This document shows, piece after piece, positions 37,997-46,994 of a stretch of DNA of 64,000 nucleotides (the first letter of the stretch is position 1; every line of letters begins with the position of its first letter). The notes beneath the pieces were generated by a model. The model was not told the origin of the DNA and did no database searches. It was given only the letters and a program-made list of their open reading frames with translations. Location: assembly GCA_004297305.1 (NCBI GenBank), contig SCTR01000002.1, positions 79,440-143,439 of the forward strand, written 5' to 3'. A program made the translations under genes and the position numbers. Origin of the DNA: Actinomycetota bacterium. GTDB lineage: Bacteria > Actinomycetota > Actinomycetes > S36-B12 > FW305-bin1.

Positions 37997-39361
37997 GTGA
38001 GTCGCAGCCAGCTTCGCCGGTCCGGTGGGACGGCGAGCCGACCGCGGCCTGCTGCTGACGACGCCGAGGCGACGGTCCTCCACGTCGACATGGACGCCTT
38101 CTACGCCTCGGTGGAACTCATCGACCGGCCGGAGCTGGTCGGCCGCCCTGTCATCGTCGGCGGCGCCAGTCCGCGCGCCGTCGTGCTGTCAGCGACGTAC
38201 GAGGCGCGCGCTCTCGGCGTGCACTCGGCGATGCCGATGGGCCGGGCGCTCCGGTTGGCGCCCCGGGCGGTGGTCATCGAACCCGACCACCGGCGGTACA
38301 CCCGGGTCAGCGAAGGGATCATGGCCGTCTTCGGCGACATCACGCCGTATGTCGAGCCGCTCAGCCTGGACGAGGCATTCCTCGACGTGAGCGGCGCGGT
38401 CCGCCGGCTCGGCAGTCCCGCCGCGATCGCCGCGCTGATCCGGGCCAGGATCCGCGACGAGCAGGGCATCACCTGTTCGGTCGGCGCAGCCAGCACGAAG
38501 TTCGTCGCGAAGCTGGCCTCGACGCAGGCCAAGCCGGACGGGTTGCTCGTCGTCGCACCGTCCGAGGTGGTCGCCTTCCTCCATCCGTTGCCGATCGGCG
38601 CGCTGTGGGGCGTCGGCGAACGGACCGAGCAGGCGCTGGTGCGTCGCGGGCTGCTGACAGTGGGCGATGTGGCGCAGCTGCCGGTTGAGACGCTGCAGCG
38701 AACTCTCGGGCCCGCCGCCGGCGCCCACCTGGCGGCGCTGGCGTGGGGTCGCGATCCGCGCCGGGTCGACCACACCGCGCGCGAACGCAGCATCGGCGCG
38801 GAGGAGACGTTCCCCCGTGACGTGACGGACGTCGACGTGCTCGCCCGCGAACTGCTCCGGCTCTCCGAACGGGTCGCGCGCCGACTGCGGGCGGCCAACC
38901 TGGTGGGGCGGACCGTGGCGTTGAAGGTCCGAGACCCTGACTTCACGACGGTGACGCGGTCCCGAAGCCTGCGCGATCCGACCGACGTGGCTAAGGAGAT
39001 CTACGCGACGGCGTGCTCGCTGCTGGCCGGGCTTGGCCGCGGCGCGGCTCCGACGCGGCTCGTCGGGGTCCGGGTCGAAGGGCTGACCGACGTCGCGACC
39101 GCCTCGCGGCAGCTCACCTTCGGTGCTGCTGACCACGGCTGGCGTGATGCCGAACGGGCCGTGGACCGCTTGGCCGACAGGTTCGGCAAGGGCTCCGTCC
39201 TGCCGGCGAGCCTGGTCGCCGCGCGAGGGGATGGGAGCGTCGTACGCCGAGCGACCGGCGACGAGCCGTCCGCGCGCCGACCGCCGGGGGACGACGGCGT
39301 CCGCCGCCGGGAGAAGAAGGGTGTGCCGGCGCCGCCGCGCCGGCGCGGACCGGACCGGTGA
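37997..39361 (+). CDS. dinB: DNA polymerase IV (Y-family)
   Basis: VLHVDMDAFYASVE, SLDEAFLDVSG and CSVGAASTKFVAKLAS motifs. GTG 37997 is preceded by GAGGAGGACGAG. Confidence 0.9.
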   Translation: MSRSQLRRSGGTASRPRPAADDAEATVLHVDMDAFYASVELIDRPELVGRPVIVGGASPRAVVLSATYEARALGVHSAMPMGRALRLAPRAVVIEPDHRRYTRVSEGIMAVFGDITPYVEPLSLDEAFLDVSGAVRRLGSPAAIAALIRARIRDEQGITCSVGAASTKFVAKLASTQAKPDGLLVVAPSEVVAFLHPLPIGALWGVGERTEQALVRRGLLTVGDVAQLPVETLQRTLGPAAGAHLAALAWGRDPRRVDHTARERSIGAEETFPRDVTDVDVLARELLRLSERVARRLRAANLVGRTVALKVRDPDFTTVTRSRSLRDPTDVAKEIYATACSLLAGLGRGAAPTRLVGVRVEGLTDVATASRQLTFGAADHGWRDAERAVDRLADRFGKGSVLPASLVAARGDGSVVRRATGDEPSARRPPGDDGVRRREKKGVPAPPRRRGPDR

Positions 39362-39518
39362 GGCTGTTCGGGAACGGCCTCACCGGCGCCGGCGTTGCCC
39401 GAATGCGCCCAGTACGGGACGTCAGGACACGGTTTGGCACATCCGCGCCCGACTCGGGTTTCCACCCGGGCGGGGCCTGCCTATCCTGTGCATACCAGGT
39501 CGGGAGGAGGGGACGGCC

Positions 39519-39932
39519 ATGCCGCTCTCCGAGCACGAGCAGCGACTGCTCGAGCAGATGGAACGGGCCCTCTATCAGGAGGACCCGAAGTTCGCGTCCA
39601 CGCTGCGTAGCGGCGCGTCCGGACGCGCCCACCGCACCCGGGCGATCCTGGGCATCGTCGCCTTCCTCGGCGGTATCGCCCTGCTGCTGTCGGGGGTTGC
39701 GACGACCTGGATCTGGCTCGGCGTGCTGGGCTTCGCCGTGATGCTGGCCGGTGCGCTGCTCGCCTACGGAGCCCTGCGGCCTCGGGCGCAGCCGGCGGCC
39801 GCCGGCGAGGGCCCGCGAGAGGCCCCCGGCCCCGGTCCGGCCCCTGCTGCGGCCAAGAAGCCGCGGTCGTCGACGTTCATGCACCGGGTCGAGGAGCGGT
39901 GGCGTCGCCGGCGGGACTCCGGCGACATCTGA
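39519..39932 (+). CDS. DUF3040-type small membrane protein
   Basis: MPLSEHEQRLLEQMERALYQEDPKFA N-terminus followed by two TM helices. SD GGGAGGAGGGG precedes ATG 39519. Confidence 0.75.
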   Translation: MPLSEHEQRLLEQMERALYQEDPKFASTLRSGASGRAHRTRAILGIVAFLGGIALLLSGVATTWIWLGVLGFAVMLAGALLAYGALRPRAQPAAAGEGPREAPGPGPAPAAAKKPRSSTFMHRVEERWRRRRDSGDI

Positions 39933-40095
39933 CCAAGGCGCCACCTCACCCACCCGGCGGTCCTCGTTCGGGCCGACGTCGCCTCAGGACGTGTGACGAC
40001 TCTGTCCGTATGGGCTGTCGTCGTCCGGCTGCGACCCTCAGGCGTTCCGTTGTGGCTGCTGTCCGCGACGTGCTGCCGTCGGGGTGCCGGGCGGA

Positions 40096-42462
40096 CTACG
40101 GCCGCTCGCCGTACAGCGATCGCGGCATCAGCCGGGCCCGCAGCCGCGCCCATCGGGTGACCGAGGCGTCGAAGCCGCGGCGGATGGCCGCGACATCGGT
40201 GCCCAGATCGTCCTCCACAGCGCCGGCGCGCGCATAGCGACTGTGTTCTGTCGCCTGCACGATTCGTTGGAGCGCAACCGATTCCGCTGTCCCGACAGCT
40301 CCGGTCGAGACCAGGCGGGCGCCGGCCTGCCGGGGAGTGTCGGCGTCCCGCCACGGCAGGCCGTAGTCGACCGCGCTGTCCCGCAGCTCCGCCCAGGCCC
40401 CTTCGGCCAGCGCGGCCGGTGCCGTGGCGGTGAGCCGTCGCCGGCGTCGTAGCGCGCGGGCCAGACCCGGGGCCGCACCAGCCAGCAGGGCGGCCGCCAC
40501 GATCGCCACGACGAGGAAGCGACGTCCCGCCCCGGCTCCGTCCGACACCTCGGCTTCGGGGTCCGGTGCCGCCGTCGTAGCAGGGTCCTCGCCGACCTCG
40601 GCCGCCGCAGTCGGCTCCGGGAGTGATGGCGGGTCCTCGGTCGTGCTGGTCTCGGGGGCCGCGTACGGCGGGGTCGTCACACCGGCGGCGTCCGCGCGCG
40701 GCGTCGGCTCGAATCGCACCCAGCCGACGCCCCCGAACCACAGCTCGGGCCAGGCGTGCGCATCGTCCGCGGCGACCACGAAGCTGCCGTCCTGTTGCCG
40801 CTTGCCGCCGGTGAAGCCGACGTCGACCCGGGCCGGTATTCCCAGGGTGCGGGCCATGATGGCCATGGCAGCCGCGAACTGTTCGCAGTAGCCGACCCGT
40901 TCCCGCAGGAACTGCACCAGGTGGTCCTCGCCGCTGCCGGAGGACACGGTGGTGCTGTAGCGGAAGCCGCCGTCGCGGGTGAACCAGTCCTGCAGCGCCC
41001 GCGCCCGGTCGTACGGATTGGTCGCGCCGCTGGTGACCTGGCTGGCGATCCGGCTGATCTCGGAGGGCAGGTCGGCCGGCACCGCCAGCACGCTGCGCAG
41101 CGATTCGGTCGGTTCGGCGGTGGCGGCGCGTAGCTGCCGGGCGGAGGTCGGCAGGTCGTACAGGTTGGCCGTGATCGTCTTGCCTCGGGCAGTGTCGGTG
41201 GGGGAGAAGATGACCTGGGTGTCGGCGTCGAAGTACCAGGCACCGCTGACGGCGAGGTCGCGCGCCGGATACGGCAACGGCAGGACGGAATTGCCGAGTT
41301 CGCCGATCTTCAGCGTGATGGCGGTGACCGCTGGCTGCGCGGACAGGGTGTAGTCGGTCAGGGCCGGCAGCCGGTCGGCGCGTCGCCGCGGCGAGGGGGT
41401 GTAGGTGTCGGCGCTCCACGACTGACCGTCGAAGTTCTCCAGGGCATACATCCGCAGATACCGCGGCTGGCCGTCGTCGGTGGTGTACGTCGCCACCTGC
41501 CGGCCAGAGTTGTCGACCAGGTCACGTCGTAGCGACACCAGCGGGTCGAGGTTGACCGTGGCACCGTCGCCGGAGGCGCTACCCAGGCGGGCGAACAGCG
41601 GTGCGGTGAAGCCCGGGACAACGGACGGCAGGACGACCGCCGCGGCCAATGCCAGGACCGCGGCGACGGCGAGCCGCCGGCTGTCGGTGCCGGCCAAGGC
41701 TGCTCGGCGGCGCCGGGGATGCGCCCTGGGCCCGGACGACAGTGCTGGCCGTGACGACGGCACTGGCCCGAAGGACGGTGCTGTCCCCGACGACAGTGCG
41801 GGCCGGGTGGTTCGCGGTGGCCGGCCGGTGGCGGCTCGACCCCACCGTCGGACGTGCCCGCGCTGGTCGACCGCGAGCAGCAGCAGCCAGCCCGCGGCAC
41901 CGGCGACGAACGCCCAGGCCGGAACGCCGGTCGTCCACAGCACTGCGGAGGTGACGATGTACAGCCCGAGCAGCGGTACGCCGGCCAGGGCCGGGTGACC
42001 GAACCCGACGGCGAGGGCGTCGACGGCGATCGCGACCAACGCGAGCGCTCCGACGGTCAGCGGCAGCAGGCCGGCGGTGACCGGTACCGGGATGACGAGC
42101 GCCGCGCTGTCGTTCATCCCCGAACGCACCAACGCGCGCAGCGTCTCCAGCGCGGCTGGACTCGGCACGAAGCGCAGCAGAGCGGCGCCGGGGGCGTACA
42201 GCGCCGTCAGGAACGTCAGGACGGCAGCGGCCTGCAGCAAGGGCATCACCGCGGCGGGCACCCGGATCGCTCGGCCGACCAGACCTGCCCCCGCGACCAC
42301 GACCACCGCGATCGCCGCCGCCGGCAGCCACTGCGCGGTCCGGAACACCGGCAACAGCCCGAGGCTGGTGAGCAGGGTGGCGCCCGCCGCCGCAGCCGTC
42401 GCGGCCGGCCTGGCCCGGTCCCGCCACCGACTGACGCGGCCGCCTCGACTCACGATCGCCAC
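40096..42462 (-). CDS. Transglutaminase-like membrane protein (TgpA/DUF3488 + transglutaminase core)
   Basis: N-terminal multi-TM region. Cys-His-Asp core GYCEQFAAAMAIMARTLGIPARV...DAHAWPELWF. GTG 42462 lies 4 nt after the DUF58 stop. Confidence 0.85.
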   Translation of the reverse strand: MAIVSRGGRVSRWRDRARPAATAAAAGATLLTSLGLLPVFRTAQWLPAAAIAVVVVAGAGLVGRAIRVPAAVMPLLQAAAVLTFLTALYAPGAALLRFVPSPAALETLRALVRSGMNDSAALVIPVPVTAGLLPLTVGALALVAIAVDALAVGFGHPALAGVPLLGLYIVTSAVLWTTGVPAWAFVAGAAGWLLLLAVDQRGHVRRWGRAATGRPPRTTRPALSSGTAPSFGPVPSSRPALSSGPRAHPRRRRAALAGTDSRRLAVAAVLALAAAVVLPSVVPGFTAPLFARLGSASGDGATVNLDPLVSLRRDLVDNSGRQVATYTTDDGQPRYLRMYALENFDGQSWSADTYTPSPRRRADRLPALTDYTLSAQPAVTAITLKIGELGNSVLPLPYPARDLAVSGAWYFDADTQVIFSPTDTARGKTITANLYDLPTSARQLRAATAEPTESLRSVLAVPADLPSEISRIASQVTSGATNPYDRARALQDWFTRDGGFRYSTTVSSGSGEDHLVQFLRERVGYCEQFAAAMAIMARTLGIPARVDVGFTGGKRQQDGSFVVAADDAHAWPELWFGGVGWVRFEPTPRADAAGVTTPPYAAPETSTTEDPPSLPEPTAAAEVGEDPATTAAPDPEAEVSDGAGAGRRFLVVAIVAAALLAGAAPGLARALRRRRRLTATAPAALAEGAWAELRDSAVDYGLPWRDADTPRQAGARLVSTGAVGTAESVALQRIVQATEHSRYARAGAVEDDLGTDVAAIRRGFDASVTRWARLRARLMPRSLYGERP

Positions 42463-42466
42463 CGGG

Positions 42467-43813
42467 TCACGCCGGCGCCCCGGCGCTACGGGCCGGCGGC
42501 TGCCGCAGTACTCCGGCACCCGACGGGCCTGCCGTGCCCGCGATCGATGGGCCCGTAACCGATGGGCCCGCTATCGATGGGTGGACCAGCCGGCGCCAGA
42601 TGTCCGGTACCGGCTCGGTGGCCGACGCCGGGACCGCCTGCCAGCCGGCCCGCCGCAGCCGGCTCGCCGTACCCGCCGCGCCCCGATCGTCAGCGCCGTT
42701 CGGCGCGTGTCGGACGTCGGCCGGATCGGTGCGCAGGGCGACGGCCAGCCCGACCACGCTGCCGGCCCGCAACCGGCTCAGCTGCTCAGCCTCGACGGCG
42801 TCGAGTTCGCCCAGGACCGCCACGATCAGGCCCGCGCCCCGGGTCGCTGCAGCCGACGGCCGCCACGCCCGTGACGGTGTGGGCTGCAGGACCGCCAGCG
42901 CGTCGAGGAGTCCTGCCTCGGCTTCCGTGCCTGGCCGGTCGGCCGTCACCAGGACCCCGCCGTCGCCGTCGATCACCACGACGGCCCAGCCCCGCCGGAT
43001 CAGGTGGACTCCGACGCTGGCGACCGCCGAACAGGCCCATTCGAAGGTGGACTGCGCTCCGGTGCCGCGGTGCGCGCTCGATCGGGTGTCGAGCAGGATC
43101 GCCGCCCGGCTACGCCAGGGCCGTTCCTCCCGGCGCACCATCAGCGCACCCGCCCGGGCTGTCGACCGCCAGTGGACTCGCCGCAGTTCGTCGCCCACGT
43201 GGTACGGCCGGGGGATGACGTCGTCGTGACCGGCGCTGGACATGGTGCCGGCGCGGCTGTCGCCCTGCCCGCTCAGGTGACCGGCCAGCGGCAGGTCCGG
43301 CAGCCGGTGGACCGGGGGCGTCACCAGCAACGTGTCGGTCGCGGTGAACGAGCGGGATACCCGAGTCAGCCCGAACGGGTCCACCAGGCGGACCGACAGC
43401 GGGCCGACGGCGAAGCGGCCGCGTTGCTGCGGCCGCAGCCGGTAGTCCAGCGCAGCCGATCCGTACGCCGGCACCTGGTCCAGGACGAAGCGTTCGCCCG
43501 GGCCGAGCGCGGCGGGCACGGCGTCCTGGCACAGCACGAGCCGCGCCGGCAGCCGGGAGGCGTTGTCGATGGTGAGCCGTACCGTCGCGGTGCTTCCCAT
43601 CGCCACCCGGGGCTGGTCCAGGCCACGGGTACAGGCCAGCCGCTGTCGTGACCGGCTGACGACCACTGCGCAGCCGATCGGCAGCGCCAGCACGAGGACC
43701 GCGACGCGCAGCAGGTCGCGTTCGCCGATGAGCATCGCGCTGCCGAGCAGGCCGACGCCGGCGGCCAGCAGCACCCGGCCGCGCGCGGTCAACGCCCGCA
43801 GGGCCGCTCGCAC
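42467..43813 (-). CDS. DUF58-domain protein (MoxR-associated)
   Basis: Two N-terminal TM helices and the DUF58 core (RPYHVGDELRRVHWRSTAR). The start shares 1 nt with the moxR stop (TAGTG). Confidence 0.8.
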   Translation of the reverse strand: MRAALRALTARGRVLLAAGVGLLGSAMLIGERDLLRVAVLVLALPIGCAVVVSRSRQRLACTRGLDQPRVAMGSTATVRLTIDNASRLPARLVLCQDAVPAALGPGERFVLDQVPAYGSAALDYRLRPQQRGRFAVGPLSVRLVDPFGLTRVSRSFTATDTLLVTPPVHRLPDLPLAGHLSGQGDSRAGTMSSAGHDDVIPRPYHVGDELRRVHWRSTARAGALMVRREERPWRSRAAILLDTRSSAHRGTGAQSTFEWACSAVASVGVHLIRRGWAVVVIDGDGGVLVTADRPGTEAEAGLLDALAVLQPTPSRAWRPSAAATRGAGLIVAVLGELDAVEAEQLSRLRAGSVVGLAVALRTDPADVRHAPNGADDRGAAGTASRLRRAGWQAVPASATEPVPDIWRRLVHPSIAGPSVTGPSIAGTAGPSGAGVLRQPPARSAGAPA

Positions 43814-44826
43814 TAACGCCGACCCGGGCCGCCGACCGGCACCCGGTGCAGCAGGTCGACGATGACGTCCTGCGGGCGGAGCCCGGCGACCTGCGCTTCG
43901 GCCGTCAGCAGCAGTCGGTGGGCGAGCACCGGGACGGCGAGCCGTTGCACGTCGTCGGGCAGCACGTGGTCGCGGCCGTCGAGCGCGGCTGCGGCCTTGG
44001 CCGCTCGTACCAGGTGGAGCGTCGCGCGGGGCGAGGCCCCCAGCCGCAGGTCGCCGGACGATCTGGTGCCGACGGCGAGGTCGACGACGTACTGCCGGAT
44101 GGCCGGCGCGACGTAGATGTCCCGGACGATCTTGACCAGGGCCGCGATGGTGGTGCCGTCGGCGACGGGACGGACCTCGTCCAGCCGCGAGCCACCGTCG
44201 TGGCTGGCCAGCATGGCCAGCTCACTGGACTCGTCGGGGTAGCCCATCGAGATCCGCGCCAGGAAGCGGTCCCGCTGGGCTTCCGGCAGCGGGTAGGTCC
44301 CTTCCATCTCCACGGGGTTCTGTGTGGCCATGACCATGAACGGAACCGCGAGCAGGTACGTCGCGCCGTCGACGGTGACCTGCCGCTCCTCCATGCACTC
44401 CAGCAGGGCTGACTGCGTCTTCGGCGAGGCTCGATTGATCTCGTCGCCGAGGACCAGGTTGGCGAACACGGCGCCCGGCTTGAACTCGAAGTCCCGGGTT
44501 TCCTGATTGAAGACGCTGACGCCGGTGAGGTCACCGGGCAACAGGTCCGGCGTGAACTGGATGCGGCCCACCGAGCAGTCCAGCGTGCGCGCCAGGGCCT
44601 TGGCCAGAGTCGTCTTGCCCACGCCGGGCACGTCCTCGATGAGCAGGTGACCCTCGGCCAGCATCGCGGTCAGCGCAATCCGTATGACGTCGGCCTTGCC
44701 GGAGATGACCGTCTCGACGCTGGCTCTGATGCGCGCGGCAACCTCCAGCAGGTCGCCGAGGTCGCCGAGGTCGCTGTCCGCCCCACCGTCTCCGACGGAT
44801 CGAACGGCGGGGGGATAGGTCGTCAC
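43813..44826 (-). CDS. moxR: MoxR-family AAA+ ATPase
   Basis: Walker A EDVPGVGKTTLAKA, Walker B LGDEINRASPKTQSALLE and MATQNPVE. GTG 44826 is preceded by GGAAGGAAG. Confidence 0.9.
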   Translation of the reverse strand: MTTYPPAVRSVGDGGADSDLGDLGDLLEVAARIRASVETVISGKADVIRIALTAMLAEGHLLIEDVPGVGKTTLAKALARTLDCSVGRIQFTPDLLPGDLTGVSVFNQETRDFEFKPGAVFANLVLGDEINRASPKTQSALLECMEERQVTVDGATYLLAVPFMVMATQNPVEMEGTYPLPEAQRDRFLARISMGYPDESSELAMLASHDGGSRLDEVRPVADGTTIAALVKIVRDIYVAPAIRQYVVDLAVGTRSSGDLRLGASPRATLHLVRAAKAAAALDGRDHVLPDDVQRLAVPVLAHRLLLTAEAQVAGLRPQDVIVDLLHRVPVGGPGRR

Positions 44827-45010
44827 CGCGCTTCCTTCCTGCCAGCCACGTGCGCCAGGAAGCCCGGCCCCCTCACGGACGCTCGTCCTCCGGCGTGCAG
44901 ATCCCACCATCGCTGAGTTCGTTCAGTTGCGCCAGACGCCCATCCGCGGATGCCGCCAGGCCGGTCCGGATGAACGACACCCACCCGAGCGGACCAGCCG
45001 TGTCGCGTTG

Positions 45011-45056
45011 GTGGTTGACGGTGGGGTGATGTGGGGTACGGTGGGGCGCCATGGGG
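45011..45056 (+). promoter_or_regulatory. MraZ operator-like array of five 10-bp-phased direct repeats overlapping a candidate mraZ promoter
   Basis: GTGGTT(45011) GTGGGG(45021) GTGGGG(45031) GTGGGG(45041) ATGGGG(45051). The promoter candidate is TTGACG (45015-45020), a 16-nt spacer, then TACGGT (45037-45042). Confidence 0.6.
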
Positions 45057-45118
45057 AGCCAGACCGGTCTCGGGGCAGTCCGGGTGACCGATCGAGCGGG
45101 AGAGGTGGTGGGGCGCCG

Positions 45119-45550
45119 ATGCTGCTGGGCACCCACGCTCTGCGGCTCGACGACAAGGGCCGGCTCTTCCTGCCACCCCGGTCACGCGACGAGCTGGCCG
45201 GCGGCGTCGTGATGGCCAAGGGTCAGGACCGGTGTGTCGTGCTCTGGCCGGACGCGGTCTTCCGTGACAAGGCCGCCCGCGCCAGCGAGGTGTCGCGAGG
45301 CAACGCCACCGTCCGGTCGTACCTGCGCGTGTTGTTCTCCAGCGCCTACGACCAGGTTCCCGACCGCACCGGCCGCATCACGGTGCCGTCGACGCTGCGG
45401 GACTACGCCGGCCTCGGCCGCGACGTCGTCCTGGCCGGCAACAACGACAGCTTCGAGATCTGGGACACCAACGCCTGGGAGGCCTACCTGGCCGCGCAGG
45501 AAGCGACGTACGCCGAACAGTCCGAGGAGGTCATGCCCGGGTTGTTCTGA
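45119..45550 (+). CDS. mraZ: Transcriptional regulator MraZ
   Basis: [19 protein letters not shown] and a second SpoVT/AbrB-like repeat DRTGRITVP. 143 aa. Confidence 0.95.
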   Translation: MLLGTHALRLDDKGRLFLPPRSRDELAGGVVMAKGQDRCVVLWPDAVFRDKAARASEVSRGNATVRSYLRVLFSSAYDQVPDRTGRITVPSTLRDYAGLGRDVVLAGNNDSFEIWDTNAWEAYLAAQEATYAEQSEEVMPGLF

Positions 45551-45879
45551 GAAGTCAGCGACAACCGCCGCAACACCACACCGCAGCAACAACCAGACCG
45601 ACGTGGCGCGAGGTCTCCACCCGCTCGCAACACCCTTCTCGGGCACCTCACCTGGCGCACCTTCCCCGGTGCCAGGCGGGAGCGGGCGGGGACCTGGCGC
45701 CCACGTCGAACGCCGAAAGTCGCTGGGAGCCAACCGATCCGGTACGACCGGATCCAAGGACGACGGTACAACGACGGATCCGGGGGGTCCGCAGCACGCA
45801 GGGACCGATTCCCGACCGCATCGACGGGCGAGGCCGCTCGCGGCGCGATCGTCGGACGACGACACGAGAGGTGCCCGAT

Positions 45880-46038
45880 ATGGCGGCGACCGGCATCGGC
45901 CCGACGGATCCCGGCGCCGCGCGATCACTTCCCGGCGTCGTCGCCGCGTTGCGGGCGCTGGCCATCCTGGCGCTCGCGACAAGCCTGACGGCCGCCGCAC
46001 TGCTCGGCGTCGGTGCCCTGGTCGACCGGTGGGGCTGA
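45880..46038 (+). CDS. Candidate 52-aa membrane micro-protein in the mraZ-rsmH spacer
   Basis: ATG 45880 (AGAGG 8 nt upstream) to TGA 46036-46038, ending 8 nt before the rsmH ATG. GC3 is about 87% in this frame versus about 65% in the rsmH-extension frame. One hydrophobic helix ([25 protein letters not shown]). Confidence 0.35.
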   Translation: MAATGIGPTDPGAARSLPGVVAALRALAILALATSLTAAALLGVGALVDRWG

Positions 46039-46046
46039 GCGGGTCG

Positions 46047-46994
46047 ATGGCAGTTCACGTCCCCGTCCTGCTGGATCGTTGCGTGGCGCTTCTCGGACCG
46101 GCGCTCGCCGGTGACCGGCCGGTGCTGGTCGACGCCACCTGCGGCCTCGGCGGCCACAGCGAGGCGCTGCTGGCTCGCTTCCCCCGCCTGCGGGTGGTCG
46201 GCCTCGACCGCGACCAGCAGGCGCTGGCGATCTCGGCTGACCGGCTCGCGCCGTACACGGAGCGGGTGACGCTGGTCCACGCCGTCTACGACGAGATCGG
46301 CGACGTGCTGGCCGGGCTCGGGTTGCCCGCCGTCGACGGCGTGCTGTTCGACCTCGGGGTGTCCTCGCTGCAGCTCGACGAGGTGTCGCGCGGCTTCTCC
46401 TACGCGCACGACGCTCCGCTGGACATGCGGATGGATGCCACGTCGGGTGCCACGGCGGCCGACGTGGTGAACACCTACCCGGCCGGCGAGCTGGCACGGG
46501 TGCTGCGGGTCTACGGCGAGGAGCGCTTCGCCCGGCAGATCGCCCGTCTCGTCGTACGCGAGCGCGAGGCGGCACCGTTCACCAGCAGCGCACGCCTGGT
46601 GGAGGTGATCCGGCAGGCCATACCTGCCGCCGCACGGCGAACGGGCGGGAACCCGGCCAAGCGCACCTTCCAGGCGCTGCGGATCGAGGTGAACGGCGAA
46701 CTCGACGCGCTACGGCGCGCGATACCCGCTGCGCTGCAAGCACTCACCGTCGGCGGCCGGATCGTGGTGATGTCGTACCAGTCACTGGAGGACCGGCTGG
46801 TCAAGGGCGTCCTGCGGGACGGTGCGACGGTCCAGGCGCCGCCGGGGATGCCGGTGATCCCGGAGCAGGCACGTCCGTGGTTGCGCCTACTGACCCGGGG
46901 TGCCGAGACGGCGTCGGCCGCGGAGCAGGAGGCGAACCCCCGAGCGGCGTCCGTCCGGCTCCGTGCGGCGGAGAAGCTGCGGGACGTGGCATGA
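46047..46994 (+). CDS. rsmH: 16S rRNA (cytosine1402-N4)-methyltransferase
   Basis: [26 protein letters not shown] and SYQSLEDR motifs. Confidence 0.95.
   Translation: MAVHVPVLLDRCVALLGPALAGDRPVLVDATCGLGGHSEALLARFPRLRVVGLDRDQQALAISADRLAPYTERVTLVHAVYDEIGDVLAGLGLPAVDGVLFDLGVSSLQLDEVSRGFSYAHDAPLDMRMDATSGATAADVVNTYPAGELARVLRVYGEERFARQIARLVVREREAAPFTSSARLVEVIRQAIPAAARRTGGNPAKRTFQALRIEVNGELDALRRAIPAALQALTVGGRIVVMSYQSLEDRLVKGVLRDGATVQAPPGMPVIPEQARPWLRLLTRGAETASAAEQEANPRAASVRLRAAEKLRDVA

Noticed and set aside
42534-42600. A 15-nt periodic repeat (cgatcgatgggcc / cgtaaccgatgggcc / cgctatcgatgggtgg).
   Set aside because: It lies inside the DUF58 coding frame and simply encodes a repeated pentapeptide tail (PSIAG/PSVTG/PSIAG). 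There are no spacer-like unique inserts, so it is neither a CRISPR array nor a regulatory array.
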